Origin: Nitrososphaeria archaeon | GTDB lineage: Archaea > Thermoproteota > Nitrososphaeria > Geothermarchaeales > JDFR-13 | Assembly: GCA_027078545.1 (NCBI GenBank) | Contig: JALWXN010000004.1 | Coordinates: 416,001-480,000 of the forward strand | DNA length: 64,000 nt | Direction of reading: 5' to 3' | Shown: piece after piece, positions 47,224 through 56,987 of the stretch | Position numbering within the stretch: position 1 is the first letter of the stretch | How the letters are laid out: each line of letters begins with the position of its first letter | Position numbers and translations under genes: made by a program | The notes under the pieces: model-generated | What the model saw: only the letters and a program-made list of their open reading frames with translations | What the model was told of the DNA's origin: nothing | Database searches by the model: none

Positions 47224-49659
47224 ATGACGGAGAACCAGGAGCAGAGGACCAAGGTCCGTGAGAGGATCAAGATCATAGGTATGCACTGCGCAACCTGTGC
47301 AGTAACTATTGAGAAGACATCTAAGCAGCTCCCAGGGGTTGAGAATGTAAGTGTGAGCCTGGCCCAGGAGGAGGCCGTGGTTGAGTATGACCCCTATAGC
47401 GTCTCCCTGAAGGACTTGGTGAAGGCCGTCAGGAAGGTTGGCTACGACGTATATAAGGAGGAGGCTAGGCTGATAGTTGAGAACCTCTCCTCCCCGGACG
47501 ACGAGTCCCTGATCGAGAGTACACTATCTAGGATGCCCGGGGTGATAGACGTCAAGTCTTCCCACATATCCAAGGTTGTCTATGTAACGATAAACCCCTT
47601 CACCACGAGCTTCGAGGATGTTAAGGCGAAGCTGGAGGAGCTGGGCTATAGGGTGAAGGAGGTCGATACAAAGGCGGATGTGGAGGATATTGAGCGTAAG
47701 ATTATTGAGGAGGAGCTCAGGACCCTCAAGAGGCATGTCATCCTGAGCCTAGGCCTAGGCATCCCCCTAATGATCTACGTATTACTACCCGTCTTCGGGA
47801 TAGAGCAGCCGCTGAAGGAGTTCAGCGGTTGGATAGGCTTCCTGCTCAGTACACCTGTGGTCTTCATAGCTGGTAGGCGGTTCTATCTCGGGGCATATAG
47901 GGCACTTAGGAATGGCGTTGCGAATATGGATACCCTTGTAGCCCTTGGCACGGGGGCTGCATACGTCTTCAGCACAGCGGCCCTACTAGGCCTCGTCGAG
48001 GCTGAGGAGGTCTTCTTCGAGGCCGCAGCTGTGGTGATAGGCTTCATACTCCTTGGCAGATACCTAGAGGTCAAGATGAAGCTGAGGACTGGCGAGGCTG
48101 TCAGGAAGCTTATGGAGCTGCAGGCTGGTAAGGCCAGGGTTATCAGGGATGGGGAGGAGGTGGAGCTCCCCATTGATGAGGTGAGGGTTAAGGACGTAGT
48201 CGTTGTCAGGCCTGGGGAGAAGATCCCTGTAGATGGTATCATTGTGGAGGGCTCCGGATACGTGAATGAGTCCATGCTTACTGGGGAGAGTATACCCGTC
48301 TATAAGAAGGAGAGGGACCCCGTCTACGCGGGGACGATCCTGGAGAACGGCTATATAAAAGTTATAGCAACCCGGGTAGGTAGGGAGACCGTCCTATCCC
48401 AGATAATTAAGCTGGTTAGGTATGCTCAGTCGGCGAAGCCACCTATACAGAAGACGGTGGATAGGATATCAGGGATATTCACCTGGCTCGTGATCGGGAT
48501 AGCTATAACGACGTTCTCCATATGGTACTTCTACCTTGGCGTGGGACTCAGCAAGGCACTCCTATTCACGGCATCTGTACTACTCATCTCATGCCCATGT
48601 GCCCTCGGCCTCGCTGCCCCGACAGCAATCATAGTAGGTGTGGGAAAGGCCGCTGAGAAGGGTATCATCATAAGAAACATAGATGTCCTGGAGAAGGTGG
48701 ATGAGCTGACTGTCTTCGTATTCGACAAGACAGGTACCCTAACCATAGGTAAGCCCCAGGTGACGAGTATAAGGGCCTATAACGGATTCGAGGAGGAGTC
48801 TGTACTTAGGCTCGCAGCTATAGCAGAGAAGGGGAGTGAACATCCGATTGGAAAAGCCATTATAGAGGCCGCTGAGAAGCGTGGCCTCGAGCTGGGTGAG
48901 CCCGAGTCCTTCGACTACATCCCTGGACAGGGGATCTACGCTGTGATCGATGGCAAGACGGTGGTGGTTGGTAACGAGAAGCTGATGAAGGGATTCGAGA
49001 TCGATGTAGAGGCGTCTCAGGAGGACGTCTCGAGGCTTAGGGACGAGGGGATGACCGTTGTATATGTAGCCGTCGACGGCGTCCTAGCGGGAATCGTGGC
49101 GGTGGCTGATGTCTTGAAGGATGATAGTGTAGAGACTATTAACAGGCTTAGGGAGATGGGATACAGGATAGTCATGCTAACTGGTGACCATAGGAGGACG
49201 GCTGAAGCAATAGCCAGGAAGCTGGGTATAGACGAGGTCTACGCAGAGGTGAGCCCCGAGGATAAGGCGGATAAGGTAAGGGAACTTCAGAGGCGTGGTG
49301 AAAAGGTGGCCATGGTTGGTGATGGCGTAAATGATGCCCCCAGCCTTACACAGGCGGATGTAGGCTTCGCCATGGGTAGTGGGAGCGACATAGCTAAGGA
49401 GGCTGGAGACGTCATCATAGTGGGCAGCCGTATAATGGCTGTTGTACAGTCGATAAGGATAAGCAGGATGATCAAGAGGAAGATAAAGTTCAACCTCTTC
49501 TGGGCATTCATATACAACACGCTCTTGATACCAGTGGCCGCTGGAATACTATATCCACTAGGGATCATACTGCGCCCCGAGCACGCGGGCTTCGCCATGG
49601 CTATGAGCTCGATATCAGTGACTAGCAACAGCCTAAGGATGAATATTCCCGAGGAGTAG
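47224..49659 (+). CDS. copA: Cu(I)-translocating P1B-type ATPase
   Basis: GMHCATC, TGES, CPC, DKTGT, SEHP, GDGVND, YN, MAMSS. The second HMA-like domain lacks CxxC. Start ATG 47224. Confidence 0.95.
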   Translation: MTENQEQRTKVRERIKIIGMHCATCAVTIEKTSKQLPGVENVSVSLAQEEAVVEYDPYSVSLKDLVKAVRKVGYDVYKEEARLIVENLSSPDDESLIESTLSRMPGVIDVKSSHISKVVYVTINPFTTSFEDVKAKLEELGYRVKEVDTKADVEDIERKIIEEELRTLKRHVILSLGLGIPLMIYVLLPVFGIEQPLKEFSGWIGFLLSTPVVFIAGRRFYLGAYRALRNGVANMDTLVALGTGAAYVFSTAALLGLVEAEEVFFEAAAVVIGFILLGRYLEVKMKLRTGEAVRKLMELQAGKARVIRDGEEVELPIDEVRVKDVVVVRPGEKIPVDGIIVEGSGYVNESMLTGESIPVYKKERDPVYAGTILENGYIKVIATRVGRETVLSQIIKLVRYAQSAKPPIQKTVDRISGIFTWLVIGIAITTFSIWYFYLGVGLSKALLFTASVLLISCPCALGLAAPTAIIVGVGKAAEKGIIIRNIDVLEKVDELTVFVFDKTGTLTIGKPQVTSIRAYNGFEEESVLRLAAIAEKGSEHPIGKAIIEAAEKRGLELGEPESFDYIPGQGIYAVIDGKTVVVGNEKLMKGFEIDVEASQEDVSRLRDEGMTVVYVAVDGVLAGIVAVADVLKDDSVETINRLREMGYRIVMLTGDHRRTAEAIARKLGIDEVYAEVSPEDKADKVRELQRRGEKVAMVGDGVNDAPSLTQADVGFAMGSGSDIAKEAGDVIIVGSRIMAVVQSIRISRMIKRKIKFNLFWAFIYNTLLIPVAAGILYPLGIILRPEHAGFAMAMSSISVTSNSLRMNIPEE

Positions 49660-49732
49660 GGCTAAGCACGACAAAAACATTTTTATCGGTTTAAATCTTT
49701 TTGTAGCCAGTTGAATATGTGAGGTGTTCAAT

Positions 49733-50014
49733 ATGCCTATCGACCCTGTCTGTGGGATGGAGGTAGAGCCTTCTACAGCAGCTGCGAAGACTGTCTACAA
49801 GGGTACGATCTACTACTTCTGTAGCCCAATGTGTAAGAAGGCCTTCGAGGAGAGGCCTGACTACTACCTTGAGCATGGTCCCCAGGGTATGCCAGGTATG
49901 GAGGGTCATGGTGGGCATGGCCATCATGGACAGCATGGCCATCATCATGGGCATCATGGGCATCACCATGAGGAGGAGCATAAGGGCGGCGGTGGCTGTG
50001 GCTGCTGCTCCTAG
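49733..50014 (+). CDS. YHS/TRASH metallochaperone with His-rich tail
   Basis: DPVCGM...YYFCS..C, then GHGGHGHHGQHGHHHGHHGHHH and terminal CGCCS. Confidence 0.88.
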   Translation: MPIDPVCGMEVEPSTAAAKTVYKGTIYYFCSPMCKKAFEERPDYYLEHGPQGMPGMEGHGGHGHHGQHGHHHGHHGHHHEEEHKGGGGCGCCS

Positions 50015-50019
50015 GCTGG

Positions 50020-50763
50020 TCAGTAGCTCTCCTCTGGCCCTGGGTAGCGCCCGGTCAGTATGTCTCTAACCAGGCTCTCCACCCCCTTTCTACCAATCTC
50101 TATAAGGTCTACATACCTCTTCACAAACTTGGGTGTGAATCCTGGGTAGAGGCCTAGGAAGTCGTAGATTACTAGTATATGGCCGTCTACATTTGGGCCG
50201 GCGCCCACCCCGATGACTGGTATCTCGAGCTCCTCAGCTATCCTCCCAGCTATACCTGTCTCGACGAGCTCCAGCTTAACCATCTCAGCCCCTCTATACT
50301 CGGCCTCCCTAGCCATCTCCAGGAGCTTCGCACCCTCGTCGCCCCTCACGACTCTGGGTCTATCCATGTATTTCGGTGTGTAGCCTAGGTGTACTATGTA
50401 GGGTATCCCGGCCCTGGCAAGAGCATCCCAGGTTCTGGGCCAGTAACCCTCCACGACTACTCCGTAGCCCCCTTCCTCGACGACTCTTCTACTGTTCTCG
50501 ACGGCCCTCCCGGGCTCCTCATATGTCCCTATTGGTAGGTCGACGTATATGGGCTTATCCCTTATTACGCTCAGCACTGCCCTGAGGTGGTATAGAGAGT
50601 CCCCGAGCCTAGTGTCCCTAACACTTCCACGTTTAAACACCATCCCTAGGCTGTCGCCTATGACTATGAAGTCCACCTCATCGATATCCCTGACCATCTC
50701 CGCCGTGAAGGGGTCGTATAGGGAGAACCCTATCAATGGCCTCTTACCACTGGCTATAGGCAT
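50020..50763 (-). CDS. panB: 3-methyl-2-oxobutanoate hydroxymethyltransferase
   Basis: YD, IGDSLGMV, HLGYTP, IP.IG.GAG...DG.ILV..D.LG, PKFVKRY. Confidence 0.9.
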   Translation of the reverse strand: MPIASGKRPLIGFSLYDPFTAEMVRDIDEVDFIVIGDSLGMVFKRGSVRDTRLGDSLYHLRAVLSVIRDKPIYVDLPIGTYEEPGRAVENSRRVVEEGGYGVVVEGYWPRTWDALARAGIPYIVHLGYTPKYMDRPRVVRGDEGAKLLEMAREAEYRGAEMVKLELVETGIAGRIAEELEIPVIGVGAGPNVDGHILVIYDFLGLYPGFTPKFVKRYVDLIEIGRKGVESLVRDILTGRYPGPEESY

Positions 50764-50815
50764 CTCTATACACCGCCTATCCGGATTAAAATTGCATTAG
50801 GGGGATTATTTCCCT

Positions 50816-51910
50816 ATGCAGGATCTCTTGAGGTGGGACATCGCCTCGGGCATACTCACTCTCGCTGGTGTGTTGACGCTGATAAATGTTCCCAACCCCT
50901 TCGTCGGGTATGGCCTGATCATCCCCGCCATGATAATCTCCTCGCTACACCCAGTGAGGGGGAGGGGTGGCCTGATCTTCGCTGCTGTCCACCTCCTCGG
51001 GGCGGCTATACTTATCTATACGGCCTCGATGTTCGCGCTGGTCGTGGTTCTAAGCCTCGTATTCAGGTCTGCCACAGTCTTCCTCGTGAATAGGTATGGC
51101 GGCCTAGGCTTCCTGACAACCTCTCTACTGATAGTCCTTCTCGATACGCTCATCGCGCTCTCACTAGGCCTCGCCTATTTTGGTAGGGACGCTATAGACG
51201 TTGGACTGGATATCCATAGCGCCTTCCTCATACCCTTCACACACCTCATCTATAAGGGGCTTAGGGATGGGAAGAACAGCCTTGTATATATAGGCTCCAT
51301 ATCCATGGCTGGCTACTTCCTCGGGATCTCTTATTTCCCAGCCCTCCTACTTGTTGCGGCTTCACTAGTCGGCCTGGGGATCGGCTACTTCTCACAGATG
51401 GATAGGGCCTCCACAGTCCTGGCAACACTCCTAGTCATTGGGGGAGCCCTAGCCTCTACCCCTACGCTACTATATACTCTCCAGGTGGTGGCCTACCCCT
51501 TGCAGCCAGCCTCATGGACTGGTGAGCAGTGGATGAACCCCGGTGCGGAGGAGCCTTGTAAGGAGTTTGTTATGGATGGTGTCTGGGGCCCTGAGAGGCT
51601 ACGGATAGTAGATGGCTGCGTAACTGTCGAGGGTGTAGTGGTTAGCCATCCCAACACGGTGGAGGATGGGGATATAGTCTTCGATATAGAGCTTGACCCT
51701 GAGTATAGATACATGCTTAGCACCGGGTCATACGTATTGAGGAAGGGGTATATCCATGTAGAGATAGTCCCTCTGGATAGGGATGAGGTCTACGTCCCTA
51801 AGAAGGGTGAACGGGTAAGGATAACCGGTGCATGGGTAGTGGACACTGATCATGGGTCCTGGGCGGAGATACACCCTGCATGGAGGATAGAGGTCATCGA
51901 GGAGGCCTAG
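50816..51910 (+). CDS. Polytopic membrane protein with C-terminal OB-fold-like domain
   Basis: About 8 TM segments followed by a soluble domain EDGD..FDI.LD...HVEIVP...G.WVVD.DHG.W.EIHP. Confidence 0.65.
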   Translation: MQDLLRWDIASGILTLAGVLTLINVPNPFVGYGLIIPAMIISSLHPVRGRGGLIFAAVHLLGAAILIYTASMFALVVVLSLVFRSATVFLVNRYGGLGFLTTSLLIVLLDTLIALSLGLAYFGRDAIDVGLDIHSAFLIPFTHLIYKGLRDGKNSLVYIGSISMAGYFLGISYFPALLLVAASLVGLGIGYFSQMDRASTVLATLLVIGGALASTPTLLYTLQVVAYPLQPASWTGEQWMNPGAEEPCKEFVMDGVWGPERLRIVDGCVTVEGVVVSHPNTVEDGDIVFDIELDPEYRYMLSTGSYVLRKGYIHVEIVPLDRDEVYVPKKGERVRITGAWVVDTDHGSWAEIHPAWRIEVIEEA

Positions 51911-51955
51911 CCTTATTTCCACCTACACAAAATATCTTTATCTGGTTGTCGGGAG

Positions 51956-52528
51956 ATGACTGACGACGCCGTGAGGCTTGTATTGGCAATCGTGTTGATC
52001 CTACTCATAGGCATATTCCTCATACCACTTTTGATGATGCTCTTCATGGGCTTCCAGTTCTCCATGCCCATGATGCAGGGCATGATGGGGGACGGTGCAC
52101 ATATGTTCGGGATGTTCATACCCTTCTGGTCCGTCTTCCTGATCCTATTGGTCCTCCTGGCCGGGGTGATATACCTCCTCTCGACGGATAGGGGGAGGGG
52201 CCTATATACTCGTGAGGGTGGAAGGGTGGTTGTAGAGCCCGTGGCTAGGGAGGAGGCTAGGGATGATGCTGTGGAGCGGGGTGATGAGGAGCCTGAGATA
52301 ATGAGGGTCTTGAAGCCTGATGAGCGCCGTGTAGTTGAGCTCCTGATCGAGAATGGGGGTGTGATGCTCCAGAAGGATCTCAGGTGGGAGCTGGGCATGA
52401 ATAGGGTGCAGATACATAGGATCCTTGAGAGGCTGGAGGAGCGTAACATCATTGTCAGACGGTCTGTAGGGAATACTAATGAGGTTCGCCTGGCGGACTG
52501 GTTGATGAAGCGTTACAAACGGGAGTAG
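51956..52528 (+). CDS. Membrane-anchored winged-helix regulator with Met-rich loop
   Basis: 2 TM helices flanking MPMMQGMMGDGAHM; C-terminal L.PDERRVV..L...GG...Q..L......R.L..LE wHTH. Confidence 0.8.
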   Translation: MTDDAVRLVLAIVLILLIGIFLIPLLMMLFMGFQFSMPMMQGMMGDGAHMFGMFIPFWSVFLILLVLLAGVIYLLSTDRGRGLYTREGGRVVVEPVAREEARDDAVERGDEEPEIMRVLKPDERRVVELLIENGGVMLQKDLRWELGMNRVQIHRILERLEERNIIVRRSVGNTNEVRLADWLMKRYKRE

Positions 52529-52572
52529 GGGGTCGTTACAGGCGTTACACGTAACTACTATATAACGTTTCA
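52511..52572 (+). repeat. CGTTACA repeats upstream of the Met-rich gene (candidate operator)
   Basis: CGTTACA at 52511, 52534, 52543; GTTAC-ac-GTAAC palindrome 52544-52555; variant CGTTTCA at 52566; TATATAA at 52558-52565. Confidence 0.65.
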
Positions 52573-52599
52573 GCAGATGGACTACCCGGTGAAAGCGGT

Positions 52600-53028
52600 A
52601 TGAGGACTGGATACCTCGTGTTGATACTGGCTGGACTACTCGGACTGGGGATAGCGGCTGCCTACACTACGCAGCAGGTCTGGATGTGGTGGCCGATGCC
52701 TATGCAGATGGGCGTGCCTATGCAGGGCATGGGCGGTATGCCCGGTGGTATGCAGGGTGGCATGATGAACGGTATGCAGGGCGGTATGATGAATGGTATG
52801 CCTGGAGGGATGATGGGCGGCATGGGCCAGCCCATGGCTGGGGATCACGGTGGTATGATGGGTGGCATGAACGGCATGGGTGGAATGGGTGGTATGGGCC
52901 AGATGGATTGTGAGTCGATGATGGCTCAGCACCAGGCCATGATGGAGTCGATGATGGCTAATATGGAGCAGTGCATGTCGATGATGGAGAGCCACATGGC
53001 TGGCCATGGAGAGGGCGGGTCCCACTAG
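52600..53028 (+). CDS. Exported or membrane-anchored Met/Gly-rich protein
   Basis: N-terminal hydrophobic helix; about 37 Met in 142 aa; 24-bp GMQGGMMN-type repeats at 52747-52818; T tract downstream. Confidence 0.75.
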   Translation: MRTGYLVLILAGLLGLGIAAAYTTQQVWMWWPMPMQMGVPMQGMGGMPGGMQGGMMNGMQGGMMNGMPGGMMGGMGQPMAGDHGGMMGGMNGMGGMGGMGQMDCESMMAQHQAMMESMMANMEQCMSMMESHMAGHGEGGSH

Positions 53029-53075
53029 GGATACATCCCCTGACTCCTAGCCTCAATTTTTTATTTATATCGTCC

Positions 53076-53615
53076 TTATCTAGCTAGTCTGGCCCCGAAT
53101 CCTATGAGCCATACTAATACTGGGTAGACTATCATCCTCTCCATCCCGCCTCTGCCTAGGCCTAGATATGTGTCTGTGGCGAAGAGTATCAGGGCTATTA
53201 GGGATATTATCCCCATTACTCCCCATAGGATGGATATCGGCTTCTCGTCGAGCCTATAGCTGTAGAGAGCCGCCAGGCCTGAGAATAGGAAGGCTGTGAA
53301 GGCCGAGACGGCGTGTGGGAGGGGGTTGTCCATGGGGAATAGTCCGACCCCTACAGCCCCGGCACTGGATAGTCCTAGGAGTATGCTGAATAGCCTCCAC
53401 TCCTTGCTGAGTAGGTATGATGCCCATAGCCCAAGTAGGCCTAGGATTATCACTCCGATGTTGAATATCCACGCATTCTCTCCCACGCCCAGTGCGCTGA
53501 TCACGTCTTGTGAGACGCTGTAGCCAGGCCTGAGGAACTCCGCGGTCTTCCAGGTTAGGAGGAAGAGTGTAGAGCCTATTACCATGAGTATTCCAGCTCT
53601 TGATCTCTCATCCAT
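53076..53615 (-). CDS. DUF998-family membrane protein
   Basis: PGYS....IS.LG, GVGLFP, H, LG.GGMER...YP...W. Confidence 0.8.
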   Translation of the reverse strand: MDERSRAGILMVIGSTLFLLTWKTAEFLRPGYSVSQDVISALGVGENAWIFNIGVIILGLLGLWASYLLSKEWRLFSILLGLSSAGAVGVGLFPMDNPLPHAVSAFTAFLFSGLAALYSYRLDEKPISILWGVMGIISLIALILFATDTYLGLGRGGMERMIVYPVLVWLIGFGARLAR

Positions 53616-53756
53616 GTCAGGCCATATACCACTTAAACCATTATTAAAGAAGATCTTTGGCTTACCCCCTCATCAGGTGTCGGCCGTCTATAATCCTCTG
53701 TTGGGTAAGGAATCCTACCAGTTAGGTAACTCTTAAATCTGACCCCGACAATTTTT

Positions 53757-55130
53757 TTGGTATATTACAGGGGTGTCTCTTTGAGCGGTGGTGGGGATTC
53801 TAGGAGGGAGTTTGTGAAGATTGCTGGTGCTGGTGTGGCTGGCCTGGCTGTGGGCTATGGTCTAGGCATGTTCTCCGCGCCCGGTCCTGCCGAGGAGCCT
53901 GTGGAGGAGCCTGTTGAGAAGCCGGTGGAGGGTCTTCCAGGGATTCCGGACGAGCCTCTCAAGATAGGGTATATCTACTTCATGACTGGTGCCCTGGGTA
54001 CTTATGGCACTAATGCGGCTGCTGCTATCGAGCTGGCTGTCGAGGAGATTAATGAGATGGGTGGGATACTGGGTAGGAGGATCGAGCTTACAAACGCTGA
54101 TGAGGCGGATAGGGAGCGTGTCCTAGACAATATTGCGAGGATGGTTCAGGACGAGGGTGCGGAGATAATTATTGGGCTGGATAGTAGTGGGGATGCGCTC
54201 AAGGCTATACCGCTGATCGAGGAGGAGCTCCAGGTCCCCCTGATAGTCACCCATGCGGCTACCCCGAAGCTCACGGAGTGTGGGAGGAGGAAGTATATCT
54301 TCAGGGTCAGTATGTATGAGGAGCCTATAGACATCCTGGGGGCTGAGATAGTTAAGCAGCTCTATGAGGGAGAGGTGACTAGGGTAGCCAATATAGGGCC
54401 TGACTATGCATATGGATACGACTCATGGACGATATTCTCTGGTAAGCTCCAGGAGCTCATGCCTGACCTAGAGTTCCTAGACCCTATCTATACACCGCTC
54501 TTCACAACAGACTTCGGCACGTATATCGACCAGATAAAGAATAGTGGGGCCGACCTACTCTTCTCCAGCCTATGGGGAGGTGACGCCGCCACCTTCTTCA
54601 AACAGGCTGTCGCGAAGGGGCTCTTCGACAGTGTGAAGGTCTATATGAATGCGATGCTGGGTGCTACGGATACCCTCGAGGCTATAGGCGATGAGAATGT
54701 CCCTGACGGTGTCGATGTATGGGGTAGTGGGCGTTACTGGTTCCTCTACCCGCCACACGACGTATATCCATTGAACAAGGAGTTTGTGGAGAAGTTCCTC
54801 GACAAGACTGGTAACTATCCACCGTACGTGGCGGCAACTAGCTATGTTGCTGTCTACGCCGTGAAGGCGGCTATAGAGAGGGCATACCTATCCCTAGAGA
54901 AGTGGCCAGAGGTCGATGACTTTGTGGAGGCTCTCGAGGGCTTAACCGTCCCTGGACCGATGGGGCCTGTATACATAAGGCCTGAGGATCACCAGGGGCT
55001 CTACGACGTGTATTGGGGCCGTCTCCGCAGGGGTGGGCCTGAATACCCGATACCTATACTGGACGACCTCGTGGTGGTCCCACCCGCCAAGGTGGTTCCG
55101 AAGCCCTTCGAGACTATGGTGAGCTGTTGA
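53757..55130 (+). CDS. Branched-chain amino acid-type ABC substrate-binding protein with Tat signal
   Basis: SRREFVK twin-arginine signal, EEIN..GGILGR, PDYAYG. Start may be TTG 53781. Confidence 0.9.
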   Translation: MVYYRGVSLSGGGDSRREFVKIAGAGVAGLAVGYGLGMFSAPGPAEEPVEEPVEKPVEGLPGIPDEPLKIGYIYFMTGALGTYGTNAAAAIELAVEEINEMGGILGRRIELTNADEADRERVLDNIARMVQDEGAEIIIGLDSSGDALKAIPLIEEELQVPLIVTHAATPKLTECGRRKYIFRVSMYEEPIDILGAEIVKQLYEGEVTRVANIGPDYAYGYDSWTIFSGKLQELMPDLEFLDPIYTPLFTTDFGTYIDQIKNSGADLLFSSLWGGDAATFFKQAVAKGLFDSVKVYMNAMLGATDTLEAIGDENVPDGVDVWGSGRYWFLYPPHDVYPLNKEFVEKFLDKTGNYPPYVAATSYVAVYAVKAAIERAYLSLEKWPEVDDFVEALEGLTVPGPMGPVYIRPEDHQGLYDVYWGRLRRGGPEYPIPILDDLVVVPPAKVVPKPFETMVSC

Positions 55131-55185
55131 TCACCCATAACCCCACAACTTTTTATAATGTGCTCTATGTAGATGGGGTGGGTAG

Positions 55186-56073
55186 ATGGATATAAGCCTT
55201 ATAGTGGTGCAGGCCTTCAACGCATTGTTCTATGCCTCCATCCTATTCCTAATATCCTCTGGGCTAAGCCTGATCTATGGGATTATGAGGATCCTGAACC
55301 TTAGCCATGGAGCCCTATACATGGTGGGTGCATATGTAACCTATACAGTCGTCATACTCTGGCTTGGTCTAGACTGGTTCTCAATGATCCTGGGATACCT
55401 AGCCTCTATACTGGTCGTCGGCGGCCTGGGAATCTTGGTCGAGAGGATCCTCCTCAAGCCACTCTATGGGAAGAGTCATGACCTCCAGCTCCTACTGACC
55501 TTCGCCCTGATCCTAATACTTGATGACGTGGTTAAGATGATATGGGGGCCTGAGTATAGGGCCTTCCCAAAGCTCCCCGGATTCTCTATTCCTGTGGGCG
55601 ACTTCCAGGTCCCGATATACTTCATATTCACAGTACTACTAGGCTTCTCTGTGGCTATAGTTCTACACCTATTCTTCACACGTACCACGGTGGGTAAGAT
55701 GATCCGGGCGATGACCTATAGCCCGGAGGTAGCCTCGGCCCTAGGGATAAATACCGATAGGCTCTTCGCCCTTTCATTCGGCTTGGGAGCGGCGTTGGCC
55801 GGCTTGGCTGGGGGTGTAGCCGTCCCCCTCTATACAGCGTCTCCAGGCATGGGTACGGAGGTAATCGTCCTGAGCTTCGCGGTCATAGTCATCGGGGGTA
55901 TGGGTAGTATCAAGGGTGCCCTCCTAGGCTCATTGATAGTTGGCTTCAGCAGGGTCTTCATGGTCATGCTGTTCCCGGTCATGGAGATCGCCCTCATCTA
56001 CATCATAATGGCGCTAATCCTCCTCGTCAAGCCTACTGGACTATTCGGGATGGAGATGAGGGAGAGGAGATGA
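55186..56073 (+). CDS. livH: Branched-chain ABC permease, LivH-like
   Basis: GLSLIYGIM.ILNLSHG, VIGGMGS..G, KPTGLFG. Confidence 0.88.
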   Translation: MDISLIVVQAFNALFYASILFLISSGLSLIYGIMRILNLSHGALYMVGAYVTYTVVILWLGLDWFSMILGYLASILVVGGLGILVERILLKPLYGKSHDLQLLLTFALILILDDVVKMIWGPEYRAFPKLPGFSIPVGDFQVPIYFIFTVLLGFSVAIVLHLFFTRTTVGKMIRAMTYSPEVASALGINTDRLFALSFGLGAALAGLAGGVAVPLYTASPGMGTEVIVLSFAVIVIGGMGSIKGALLGSLIVGFSRVFMVMLFPVMEIALIYIIMALILLVKPTGLFGMEMRERR

Positions 56074-56987
56074 GGAGGGATGCGGAGCTATACTCGTTGA
56101 TACTCCTCCTAGGTGTACTGGCTGTCGCACCACTCTTCTCCACCCAGTATACTGTGAGGCTTCTAACCGTCGGCCTCCTATATGGACTCGCCGCGGTTGG
56201 GTTCAACCTCCTATATGGCTACACAGGGCTCCTCAGCTTTGGCCACGCGATGTTCTGGAGCGCGGGTGCCTATGGACTATCAATCGGTCTTGTCAGGCTA
56301 GGCCTCGACCCTCTCCAGAGTATAGGCCTTGCCTTCCTACTAACCCTCGTAGTGGCTCTGGCCACGGGATATCTGAGCCTGAGGCATACCGAGATATACT
56401 TCGCGATGCTCACCCTAGCCTTCGCCCAGCTCATCTACGCCTTAATAATAAAGCTGAGGGACGTTACAGGTGGGGATGAGGGTATCTATGGTATACCCCG
56501 CCCCATGGGGCTGGGCGAGTATTACTACCTAGTCCTGGCCATAGTCGCCTCCCTAGTCCTACTCGCCTGGTGGATAGTCAGGACGCCCCTGGGCCTCGGG
56601 TTCCAGGCGGTGCGGGACAACTCGTCCAGGGCTGCGTCTGTGGGCCTAGACGTCTCGAGGGTTAGGCTGGTGAGCTATGTGATTAGTGCCCTATACCTAT
56701 CCGTGGCCGGGATGCTATATGCACCTCTGAATAGGGCGATCACACCTGATATCGCCTTCTGGACCTTCAGCGCCATTATAGTGATTATGACGATCATAGG
56801 TGGTGTGAGGAGGGTTGCAGGGGCCTTCATAGGCGGCCTGATATTCATATTCATCAATATCAATGCTATGAGGTTTACCGAGTTCTGGCAGCTCATCCTT
56901 GGACTTATACTCGCGATACTCGTCTACCTAGCCCCTGAGGGGGTCTCGGGTATCGTCGAGAAGGTGGTGAGACGTGTCAGGGGCTGA
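56070..56987 (+). CDS. livM: Branched-chain ABC permease, LivM-like
   Basis: GYTGLLSFGH, YFAMLTLAF, TGG.EG, P.G. Confidence 0.88.
   Translation: MRRDAELYSLILLLGVLAVAPLFSTQYTVRLLTVGLLYGLAAVGFNLLYGYTGLLSFGHAMFWSAGAYGLSIGLVRLGLDPLQSIGLAFLLTLVVALATGYLSLRHTEIYFAMLTLAFAQLIYALIIKLRDVTGGDEGIYGIPRPMGLGEYYYLVLAIVASLVLLAWWIVRTPLGLGFQAVRDNSSRAASVGLDVSRVRLVSYVISALYLSVAGMLYAPLNRAITPDIAFWTFSAIIVIMTIIGGVRRVAGAFIGGLIFIFININAMRFTEFWQLILGLILAILVYLAPEGVSGIVEKVVRRVRG

Noticed and set aside
52636-53025. His-rich ORF on the - strand
   Set aside because: Antisense shadow of the ATG-rich Met repeat gene (ATG reads as CAT).
53617-53676. Possible C/D box sRNA on the - strand (CTGATGA...CTGA)
   Set aside because: Internal boxes and guide spacing fit poorly, and the segment doubles as the promoter (TTTAAG) of the DUF998 gene.
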